NCBI GenBank assembly: GCA_001643675.2
Contig: LSRY02000039.1
Coordinates: forward strand, 806,001 to 870,000
Source: Monocercomonoides exilis PA203
Taxonomy: Eukaryota; Protista; Preaxostyla
Direction of reading: 5' to 3'
DNA: 64,000 nucleotides
This document shows, in pieces, positions 1 through 10,800 of the stretch. Within the stretch, counting starts at the first letter, position 1; every line of letters begins with the position of its first letter. The position numbers were made by a program, and so were the translations under genes. Under the pieces are notes generated by a model. That model saw nothing but the letters and a program-made list of their open reading frames with translations. It was not told where the DNA came from and searched no databases.

Positions 1-1927
1 AAGATTATTATTTTTGTATTTTTGCATGTTTGGAGTTGTATTTTGTTTATGTTTGTGTATATGTATGTATTTTTTTCAAGATATGTTTTCCATGCCGATT
101 ATGTTGTTCTTGAGTGAAAAATCCAGTCAATATATTTGAAATATGTATTTTCGTGTCTATATGTAATTTTTCAATGTTGATGATTATTTCTTGAATGCTT
201 CGTCATTTTTTCTTTCAAACAAAAATCGTTAATGCATACTTTTCTATTTTGCAGATGTGCAATTTCCTGCATTCATTCAATGAATATGTGAAACATTGCA
301 ATCTTCTTTTGTTATTGCTGAGTGTCAGCTTGTTCAAGAATCTTTGAGTGCTTTTCAATGTATTTCGTTGTGCATGTGTATCGAAATGCAAAATTTGATG
401 CTTTGAATTCGCAGTTGACTGTTTGAATTGTGGTGAATATTTCGCTCACTGTTTGTATTTATCCCTTTGTATGTTTCATTTCTCTATGAAATTCTCGTTT
501 ATGAAACAAAATGAATATAAATTCCTTCTTAACGTATTTATTTTCAGTGATAAAGATCGAAATAAAGAAAATATTCAAAGAGGAAAAACAAATGTGGATC
601 ATCAATTTTAAAAAAAAAAATAAATTAATGAGTTGTTGATTCTTTCTTTGATCTGTTTTCTTGTTATGGAGCAAAATCTAAACAATCGATCATTTTAATA
701 GTAAACTTTTGTGTTGTTGATGAACATATCATCATCAAGAAGATGCTCAACATCACAAATTAGATTGAATATTTTATTCAAAATTTCATCTCAGCAACGG
801 ATACGATCATATAAAATGAAAAAAAGAAATTATTCATGATTATTCATAAGAAAACAAATTTTTGTAAAATAGATTGTTACAATGAATTGTTGGTATCAAA
901 AAACTGAAATAGTGGGAAAAATATGGGCTTTCGAGCTTTTCTTGCTCAAAGCTTAAAAAAATGAAACACTTAGAACTTTTTTGAATTTTCTCAGATTTCG
1001 AAAAATTCAAAATTTTCATCTCTTTGAACATGAATTATTGAAATTGCAAATTAAGTGCTTTGTGATGTCACACGGATTTAAAAAAAGGAACCTATTTTTT
1101 GAACACTTTTTGATAACAAAAAGTCAATAAAAAGAGCATTTTTTATCAAAGAAAAAGGTTGAAATGAAAATTTTTTTCAAATTCATATTTCAAAATTGTC
1201 AAATTGAAAGTTCGATTTCGGCAAACTTAATGTTCAATTTTTTCCATTTTGAAAATTCCTATGCTATAACATTATGAAAATGATTGCTGATTCAATATGT
1301 GGAAGAAAGTGCTTTCAGCTCAATAATTCTTCTTTGTCCATGAAAAGAATAATTATTGAACCACAATAAAAATTTTTGCCATTTGTCATCTGTGACGAAA
1401 TATTTCACAATATGAATTTTGTTCCATTCTACTCAAACAAATATTTTTCTCAATTTTAGAATTTTTCTGTATTTTTTTGACTTGGAAATGAAAGACTTAT
1501 AATGATAAGGTTGGAGAATAAGTTTGGAACAAATCGTTGTTTCGTTCATAAATGCAAAAATAAAATCCCATCTTAATGTTTGATTTACATAAAATGATAA
1601 TGAAGTGAAAAATAAATAGATTTTTAAGTGGAAATGTTAATGTTTGTTGCATTATGTTGTTTTTTTAATGAAAATGTTGTTTGCAGCAAATCTTGAAAAA
1701 GAAAACATTTTTTTCTCTCTTTTTTTTAATTATTTATACTGTTTTGAAAAAATTTTACAATAATTTTTTCAATAAAATTTTCAATTTAAACGACTTAGCA
1801 AAATCACATGTGTGAATGAATGCAGCATGAATTAACTTTATGAGGATAATTTATTTATAATTCAACAATTTCACATGAGATGAATTTTTTCTTTTTAAAG
1901 TTAAAAACATTTTCGTGATGATAGGTA

Positions 1928-2990
1928 CACCAAAAATTATTCAAAGTCGAAAAACTTTCAATCGAAATCGAAAAACTTTCAACCAAAGTCGAAAAACTTT
2001 CAAACGAAATCGAAAGTTTTCATTCGAAGTCGAAAAACTTTCATTCAAAGTCGAAAACTTTCATTCGAAGTCGAAAAAGTTTCAATCAAAGTCGAAAACT
2101 TTCATTCAAAGTCGAAAAAGTTTCAATCGAAATCGAAAAAATTTCAATCGAAATCGAAATTTTGACAAAAATAAAAACGTTTAATAAAGAGAATTCAATT
2201 GAAGTGGATCTTTGTTCTTTTGTTTTTGTGATTATTATTAGCAATGTTTGTGTTATTGTTTTCTGCATATTTTGAAATTTTCGAATCAAAATAAACTCAA
2301 AAATAAACTCTGAACGAAACACTAAACATTTGTTTCCTTCCACAATAAATGAGTTTTTTGATATGAAAAACGCGAAATAAGAGAGCCAATGTTGTATGCA
2401 TCATTTTTCATTTATTGTGAAAAAATATACATATTTATTTTTTATGCAAATCTTTTGAAAAGCAGTGTTCTTTCAATTAAAATAAGATAAAAATACATCA
2501 GTATTTCTCTCACATTTCTTATTTTTGTGATTGGACAAAAGAAGGCAAAGAAAAACATCGGAAAAAAGATGAAAAATCATGAAAATAACAAATATAATTG
2601 ATATTTCAACAATAAAAATGTTTTTTGACTTTTATTGAATTTTGTCAACTTTTTGAAATTTTGAAAAATTTCGAACTTTCGACTTTACTTGAAAGTTTTT
2701 CGATTTCGATTGAAACTTTTTCGACTTTGAATGAAAGTTTTCGACTTTGATTGAAACTTTTTCGACTTTGATTGAAACTTTTTCGACTTCGAATGAAAGT
2801 TTTCGACTTTGAATGAAAGTTTTCGACTTTGATTGAAACTTTTTCGACTTTGATTGAAACTTTTTCGACTTCGAATGAAAGTTTTCGACTTTGAATGAAA
2901 GTTTTTCGACTTCGAATGAAAACTTTCGATTTCGTTTGAAAGTTTTTCGACTTTGGTTGAAAGTTTTTCGACTTTGAATAATTTTTGGTG
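1928..2990. mobile_element. Foldback/MITE element A with tandem-subrepeat TIRs and TA flanks
   Basis: Begins TA|CACCAAAAATTATTCAAAGTCGAAAAACTTTC and ends with the reverse complement ...GAATAATTTTTGGTG|TA. Both arms are arrays of ~20-bp TCGA-core units (1940-2160 and 2670-2980). No coding capacity. Confidence 0.85.
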
Positions 2991-3306
2991 TAAATTATGA
3001 AAAAAAAATTCAATTTCTCAGTATTTACGTAACATTTATTAAATAAAAATTTCCTTGAACTTTCTAACATTCAATATATATCCAGGTGTCACAAAATTTA
3101 TTTGTTTTTAAAATCAAAATTTGATTAATTTATTGAAATTTGTTTTTCAATTTTGAATAATATTTTGTTTATAAATTAACTGTCATTCAAACGGTTGATT
3201 AATTGCGAACAAAATCAAGATATTGCATTTTCAATTTGAATGTGAAATTTCTTTTTCATAAACACATTGTTTTTATATTTTATTTTATTTTTTTTTAATA
3301 GTCATA

Positions 3307-3946
3307 CACCAATAATTATTCAACATCGAAAAAGTGTAATTCAACATCGAAAATTCTTCATTATCAAAAAATTTGAAAATATTTATAAAATTCAAACTCT
3401 TGTCAGTTTCTAATATTTCGAAGCACGATCTGAGAAATTTGTCAATTTCAATTAGAAATATTCTTAATGATGTTTTTTTGGTGTTTGATTGAGTGAAATA
3501 GTGGAAATAGGGTAAAACTGAGTTATAATTAAACTTTTCACATGCACTTAGGAGATTTAAATGAATTTGAACAAAAAATAAAAGTGATAGGATAATTCAT
3601 GATCTTGTTTTTTGTGCAAAAAGATTGAAATTTATTTCATTTATTGAAAACGAAATGTTTTGAATTTCATTTATTGCATTGGAAACTGAAAAAAGAAAAC
3701 ATTTTCAATCTTTAAAATGCGCAAAGAATCGATTGACACCAGTCTTCATCATAGATAATAGTCGTTTAAAACGAAAGAAAAACATTTCCAACAAATAATC
3801 ATTTGTTTCTATTTTCATTTGTGTCAATGAAATTTCCATGGTTTCGACTTGAATTGAAATTCTGAACAAATTATTTTTTTTTCGATGTTGAATTAAATAT
3901 TTTCGATGTTGAATTGAAGTTTTTCGATCTTGAATAATTTTTGGTG
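3307..3946. mobile_element. MITE family B, short copy
   Basis: TA|CACCAATAATTATTCAACATCGAAAA ... TTGAATAATTTTTGGTG|TA. The internal sequence is colinear with that of 38313-39347 (e.g. GATCTGAGAAATTTGTCAATTTCAATTAGAAA). Confidence 0.85.
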
Positions 3947-5155
3947 TATCTATTTCAATAAATAAATAAATGGTTACGAAAAAAAGATTTTTCTATCATA
4001 ATAAAAGATTTTGCAATCGAAATGAAAAGAGCTCATATTTTCACAAAAAATTTATGAGATTTAAAACAAAATTATTAGACCTATTTTCGTTTGTTTTTAT
4101 CATTTGGCATAAGCTTTAGCTGAAGTTAAAAAGTTGAACAAAATTTCAATAAGTGCAGATCTTTTTCAAAAAGATTGAGTCATTTCGAATTGATTCTCTT
4201 CTGGGTTTACGATCATCGTTTTTGATAGTTTTTTCTTTTCAAATTTTTAATATGTTCTTCAAAAAAATTATCATTCCAAGAATGCTTGAATCATTGTTTT
4301 TTCGATTTAGCTGAAAAAGACGAAATATTCATAAATAAATTTTAGTAAAATTCAATACTAATCATAAATAATTGTTCAAACAACAAAAACACTAAATCAT
4401 TGGCTAAATTTCATTCTTTTGATTTTTCTCAACTGAATTGAAGTTTCACAATGGAATGATTACAACAGATTTAAAAAAAAAAACAAAATAATAAAGTCAA
4501 AAAAAATTCATTGAAAAACATAAATATGCTTTATCGTTCAAATTTTAGCTTTTTTCATAAGTATTATGCTTTTATTCAACGAAAACGATCAAACAAAAAA
4601 CTGTTGGTCATAAAAAAAATACAAATTAAAAACAATAAATCAATTGCATGACATTTTTCATGAAAGCGAATGAAAATAATGAAGGAATATGAGTGGACTT
4701 AACATTAATAGTTACAAAATAAAGCACAATTTTCACTGGGCATTGTTAAAAGCGATTAAAACATAAAAACCAATTCCAAAAAAATCTGGACCAATTAACA
4801 TTGATAGATTAAAAACAGACGGAGAATGTATGGAAAATGAAAGAATAAACAGTATATTTAAAAATAGATAAAAACATACAATTTGTTCACTGGAGCCAGA
4901 GCAAACTTGTAAATTTCTTGATCAAAATTGTCATATAACCTTTTATAAATTGATCAGACAATAGATTGACTTATTTTCAAAATGATTGAGTCATTTGCAA
5001 TAAGATGAATAAAATTCAGAATGATCACTTCTTTTCGAAATGACTGAATAATTCTCGAATAGGTCTATTGAAGAGAATATACAATTATTAATTTGAATTC
5101 AAAAATTATTATTTCGTTTGAAAAGACTAAAAATTCGTTTGCAAAATTTTCATTT

Positions 5156-5171
5156 TGAATAATTTTTGGTG
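5156..5171. repeat. Solo right-hand TIR of the CACCAAAAATTATTCAA MITE family
   Basis: TGAATAATTTTTGGTG|TA. No matching left end was found between 3950 and 5150. Confidence 0.55.
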
Positions 5172-5338
5172 TAATTATAGTATTAAAAAAAAAATAAAAA
5201 ATGCAATAATTGATCTTGAATAAAAGAATTCTGTTCAAAGGTCTAACAAAACGTTTTGTGATTATCATTAATTTGAAATGTGTTGTGAGAATACAAACAA
5301 AATTTATTTTCATATTTCTAATCGTCCTACTCGATAAC

Positions 5339-6812
5339 TTATTCATCCTTCACAGATTTTCTATCTTTTGATGTTGATCTCGAAATATGCTTTTCTTTTC
5401 CTCTTGTAACAGCATGATTTGAAAGAGACGGAGCAGATGAATTGCTCTTTTCGATTCCTTGCGATGCCTTAATGTGCTCTTTGAACAACGGTGCCTGTGA
5501 TGCAAAGACAAGAGCAACCACACACACTGCGACACACATAATTCCTGAGGCCACATAAAATGGATATGCAGATGTGACATATCGCGGATGCTCGTCGTGG
5601 CGTAACGGACGTAGATTCACCTGGTGTGTAACATTGATTGGTGTAAACCCTTGCGCTTGATAATTCACAATAAATTGATACACGCCAAAGATATCAGGGC
5701 ATTTGAATGTGAGACCAAATACTCCTCTAAATTGAATATTAAACATTATCATTTAAAACATATTTGAAAAAATAGTAATATAAAATTAATAAGTTACAAA
5801 GTATTTGATAAAAAAAAAAGTTCGTTAAAAACAATTCAAGAATCATTAAATAAATCGGAAAGCGTTGAATGAACATTATCTTACATAAAAATAACAAATC
5901 ACACTTTCCTCTGTTCTCCAAAGTCTTTCTTATTCTTGGCACAAGCATAGAAAACTCAAGTTGAACATCATCCGCAGAATATCCAACCCATTCTTGTTTT
6001 TCAAAGTCAAAAGTTTCCAAAATTATGCTAAAATCCTAAAATATGAAAGGCAAATTGAAAAACAAATATGGAATTTTTTAATTAATGACTCTTTTAAATT
6101 TTGCACAAACAATAACATCAGATATAGCCAGTTCTGGCGGATTGTCAACTGTTTCATTGATTCTATTATAATGAATTTCTCTTGCGCGTAAAACTCCACG
6201 CTTGTGATAAGCCCACAACCCAAGATCAACAGCAACTTCAAGAAGATCATCGTTTTCTGTATCTGCGCCAAACAATTCACTTCCAAAAATAACAACACGT
6301 GCATCATTGTCACCTTGAATCGCGAAGGCGTAGGCTTTTCCTTTTGAATTTTTAATTGCTGAATAATAATGCGCATGAGCAGGATTTTGAACGGAAAATG
6401 AATGACCTTCGCATGAAACATCCCTTTCAAAATCTTGAGTGGGTGAACGATAGTGGCATTTTCCCTGCTTGTCAAATGAATCACTAATTTCAACTCCTAA
6501 TTCCTCGCAAAAGCTAAAACTTTTTTCAGATTCCTCGTTCAAAAAAATAATGACACTACGTCCACTATTAACAAAATCGATAACTGGAGCCTCATCGAAA
6601 TCGTCTGTGAAAATCATAACTCCATCTTTTCTCCATTCACCAAACTCAAGAAGAGGGCGAGGTCGATCGGTTTCTTCAAATATAATGTCATTTGAAGTCA
6701 GTTGTTCAATCAACTTTTCATGTCCGTCAGCGTTTCCCCAGATTTCGACATTGTATCCTGATACAGATAAATATGGAGATGCAATGCAAAATAAAATTAA
6801 CGAAAGGATCAT
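5339..6812 (-). CDS. WBP1: Oligosaccharyltransferase 48-kDa subunit (OST48/Wbp1/DDOST), about 3 exons
   Basis: Signal peptide MILSLILFCIASPYLSVSG. Motifs FAIQGDNDARVVIFGS, DDVQLEFSMLVPRIRKTL and FKCPDIFGVYQFIVNY...QVNLRPLRHDEHPRYVTSAYPFY plus a TM helix match DDOST_48kD. ORF pieces are separated by AT-rich introns (~5730-5900, ~6030-6090); splice sites are approximate. Confidence 0.9.
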
Positions 6813-7594
6813 TCTTGATAATCTGATCAATTTACCATAATAAATAGCTCATTATGTCAGATAAAAATTCAGTTGTGAATATTGTTGATTTGCTGATAAT
6901 TTCAAGTATATTAAATATTACAACGAGGATTAAAAACATAAACAAAAAAAAAAATCAATAATTCCATTATGTTTCATAATTTTTTTAATTTTTCTTTACA
7001 GATTGCTTAAAAATAATAGTTGTAAGCTCCAAAACATTAAGAAATTTAGAAAAATAGAAAAAATTAAAACTTTCAAAAAATTTAAACAATTTAGGTTCAG
7101 GAACAATATTACAAAACAATTAGAAAAAAAAAAAATCAAATCTCAATCATTGAAAACTTAATCATTCTCAAGTGAATTTCCAAACAAAATTCTGTTAGGA
7201 AAGAGAAAATGATTGCAAGTGGATGCACGTTGACAACAAAAAAGCCTTCATAAATACAAAAAAATAAAAAAAAAGAAAAGAAAAAGAAAAAGAAAGGAAA
7301 AGTTCAAAACAACAACTGTTAGTTGAGAATGACTAGGAAAAAGTAAAAAAAGAATGATAACCATCATTAACAAATAGAATTCACTATGCATTTATTCTTC
7401 ATCTTCCACTTATTCCTCTCTCAAACTGAAAAAATAAACAGAAACTGAAATAAGCAATTAAATAAACAATATCTTTTCTTAATTTATGCAAATACAATAC
7501 AATACAACACACGCAATATTCATTTCTCAAAACACACACACACACACAAAAAAAAAAAACTAAACAAATGAAACAAAAACAAAAAAATAAAAAT

Positions 7595-7662
7595 AAAAGA
7601 AAAAGAAAAAGAAAAAGAAAAAGAAAAAGAAAAAGAAAAAGAAAAAGAAAAAGAAAAAGAAA
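7595..7662 (+). repeat. (AAAAGA)n microsatellite in the 3' flank of the channel gene
   Basis: Directly visible tandem hexamer. Confidence 0.9.
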
Positions 7663-7693
7663 AATTAAAATAAAATATTTTCTGTTTTCTTCC

Positions 7694-7825
7694 TCAGAAA
7701 TATCCTGTTTCCTTCTTCTTTTTGATCTGCTTCCACTTCGGCAGCTTGTAAAACGCCTCTTTTGTCATTTCAAACACTTTCTCGAACTCTTCCTCACTCA
7801 AACGCGCTTCTTTTCTGGTTGGATC
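7694..7825 (-). other. Villin headpiece domain at the C-terminus of the channel ORF
   Basis: DPTRKEARLSEEEFEKVFEMTKEAFYKLPKWKQIKKKKETGYF* aligns by eye to villin [43 protein letters not shown]. Confidence 0.92.
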
Positions 7826-10800
7826 ATTCTCTGCTGAATTAGAACTGGAACTGGAACTGGAAGGAGATGAAACACTGGGAGAAGGAGAAGGAGAAGGAGA
7901 AGGAGAAGAAAGTGACGGAGGGGAGGAAGAAGAAGAAGAAGAAGGAGATGATGAAGAGGATGTTACAGAAGCAGACGGCTTTCCATCAGCTTCTTCCACA
8001 TTCCTCGTGCTTTCCCCTCTTCTTCTTTCTTCTTTTCCTTCTTTTCCTTCTCTTTCTTCTCTTTCTTCTTCTTCTTTCTTCTTTTTGCTAACTTTAGTTA
8101 AAGTTGCCTCTGCTCCTTTCCTTACTCCCCATTTGCTGAACACATCGTCTTTCTTCATTCCACTGTCAATCGCAAACTGCAATTTCGCTTTCTCTTCTTT
8201 CTCTTTCTCTTTCTCTTCTTTCTCTTTCTCTTCTTTTTGCTTTCTTTCTTCTTCTTCTTTTCTTAAGCGCTCTTCCTCCTCTTTCTTCTTCCTTTCCTCT
8301 TCTTCTCTTCTCAATCTCTCCTCTTCTTCTTTTCTGATTCTTTCCTCTTCTTCTCTTTTTTTCTTCTCTTCCTCTTCCTTTCTCAATCTTTCCTCCTCCT
8401 CTTTCTTTAATCTTGCTTCCTCTTCTCGTTTTAATCTCTCTTCTTCCTCTTTCTTAATTCTTTCTTCTTCTTCTTTCTTCTTTCGTTCCTCTTCCTCTTC
8501 TTTTCTCTTCCTCTCCTCTTCTTCTTTGCGTTTTCTTTCTTCATCTTCCTTTCGTTTTCTCTCTTCTTCTTTTCTGATGATTTCCTCTTCCTCTTTTCTT
8601 TTCCTTTCTTCTTCTTCTCTTCTCCTTCTCTCTTCTTCCTCCCTCCTTCTTTCTGCTTCTTTTCTTATTCGTTCTTCTTCTTCCTTTTTCAATCGTTCCT
8701 CTTCTTCTTGTTTCGCTCTTTCTTCTTCTGCTTTCTTTGCCTTCTCTTCTTCTTCTCTTCTTTTTCTTTCCTCTTCCAAAATCCTCACTTTCTCTTCTTC
8801 TTCCTTCCTCTTCCTTTCTTCTTCTTCTTCTTCTTTCTTCTTTTTCTCTTCTTCCTCCTTCCTCCTCTTTTCTTCCTCCTCTTTTCTTAATCTCTCTTTC
8901 TCTTCCTTCAGTTTTCTCTCTTCCTCCTCTTTCTTCTTTCTTTCCTCTTCCTCCTTTCTCTTTCTTTCCTCCTCTTTCTTCCTCTCTTCCTCTTCCTTCT
9001 CTCTCTTTATTCGTTCCTCCTCTTCCCTCTTCTCCCTTTCTTCTTCTTCCCTTTTCTTTCTCTCTTCTTCTTCTTTCTTCCTTTTCTCTTCTTCCTTCAG
9101 TTTTCTCTCTTCTTCTTCCTCTTTTCTCTTCCTCTCCTCTTCTTCTTTCCTTTTTCTTTCCTCTTCCTCTTCCCGCTTTAACCTTTCCTCCTCTTCCTTT
9201 CTTTTCCTCTCTTCCTCTTCCTTCCTCAACCTTTCTTCTTTATCTTTCCTTTTTCTTTCCTCTTCTTCTCTTCTCAATCTCTCCTCTTCTTCTTTACGTC
9301 TTCTCTCTTCCTCCTCTCTTCTCAACCTTTCCTCCTCCTCTTTCTTCTTCCTTTCTTCCTCTTCTTTCCTCTTTCTTTCTTTTTCTCTCTTAATTCGTTC
9401 CTCTTCTTCCTTCTTCTTCCTCTCCTCCTCTTCTTTGCGTTTTCTTTCTTCCTCTTCCCTTCTTAGCCTTTCCTCCTCTTCTTTCTTCTTCTTCTTCTCT
9501 TCTTCTCTCTTCAGATTTTCTTCCTCTTTTCTCTTCTCTTCCTTCTCCTTTCTCTTTCTTTCTTCTTCTTCCAGTTTTCTTTTCAACTCATCTTTCGCCT
9601 TCCACACATCAAACACTCTTTTCTTTTCTTCGTCTTTTTTCTTTTTATCTTCTTCTTCCTTCTTCTTGCTAAACTCTTCTTTCTCTCTTCTTTCTCTCTC
9701 TTCCTCTTCCTTTCTCTTTCTTTCTTCTCCTCTTCTCTTCTCCTCTTCCTCTTTCCTTTTTTCTTCTTCTCTTCTCTTTTCCTCTTCCTCTTTCTTCTTT
9801 CGTTTCATTTCCTCTTCTTCTTCCTTCTTCTTCATTTCATGTTCTTCCTCTTCACGTTTTCTTCTTTCTTCTTCTTCTTCTTCTCTTTCTCTTCTATTGA
9901 TCTCTTCAAGCTTCCTCTCTTTTTCCTTCATCCATGGGATAACCTTTTCCTTTTCCTTTTCCACTTTCTCTTCCTGTTTGCTCGCAATATTTCTTCTCTT
10001 GTACAACTTTTCCAGATACATTTCTCTTTCTTGCTTCAACTGCACCTTCTTCTTCTCTTCTTCTTCTCTTCTCTTCTCTTCCCTTTTCGCTTCTTCCACT
10101 TCTTCCACTTCTTTGATGCTTTCTCTTTCTGCTTCTGTCAAATCCTTCCTCTTCTTCTTCGCCATCACTTTCCTCTTCTCCACCACCTCCTTCGTCTTCT
10201 TCTTCCCTTCTGCCACTTTCAAATAGTTGAATGGGCATATCCCTCTTTCCCCTTTCCCATTCTCACACATCCACCACTGCTCTTTCTTCTCCACCAGAAG
10301 CAGCTCTTCGCCCTTTTTGATCGCCAAACACCGACTTTCTCCTGCTGGCGGCTTGAAATTGTAAAGTACCTTCACCACTACACATTCTTCTTGTTTGACT
10401 TCTTCTTTTTCTTCCTCCACTTCCACTTCTTCATTCAAATACGCTTCTCTTTCTCTCCTTTGAGCATCCTCACGTAGCTTCTTCAGCTCTTCTTTGGCTT
10501 CTGCATTCATTTTGTGCTCCCTCCAGCTGCTGAGAATAACAACTGCTGCTTCTTTCTTCTTTGCCTTTTCCTTCTCCTTTTCTTTCTTCTCTTTTTTCTC
10601 TTTCTCTTTCTTTATTTCATCTTCGGCAGCACGTTTTTGTCTGATCTTGTTTTCTCTCAATTTTGGTGAAATATTCGAAGAAGAAGAAGAAGAAGAAGAA
10701 GCAGAAACGCTTTCATCGAATTCATTGATGAATGGCTCTTGTGGTAGTTCAGGTACTTCTTCATCATCCAACTGAGGCAAACCAGGAGACGGTGGAAGAG

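Noticed and set aside
1940-2980. Regularly spaced ~20-bp repeats as a CRISPR array (also 38320-39340)
   Set aside because: The units are directly tandem with no unique spacers, occur as inverted arms, and sit in eukaryotic DNA with no cas genes.
4560-5070. Possible transposase remnant belonging to the solo TIR at ~5171
   Set aside because: Only a vague basic, PKKSGP-like stretch with many stops and no catalytic motif.
8007-10226. 739-aa Ser/Phe/Leu ORF and many other + strand ORFs opposite the channel gene
   Set aside because: Antisense shadows of GAA/AAG-rich coding repeats, which lack stops on the opposite strand. No domain signal.
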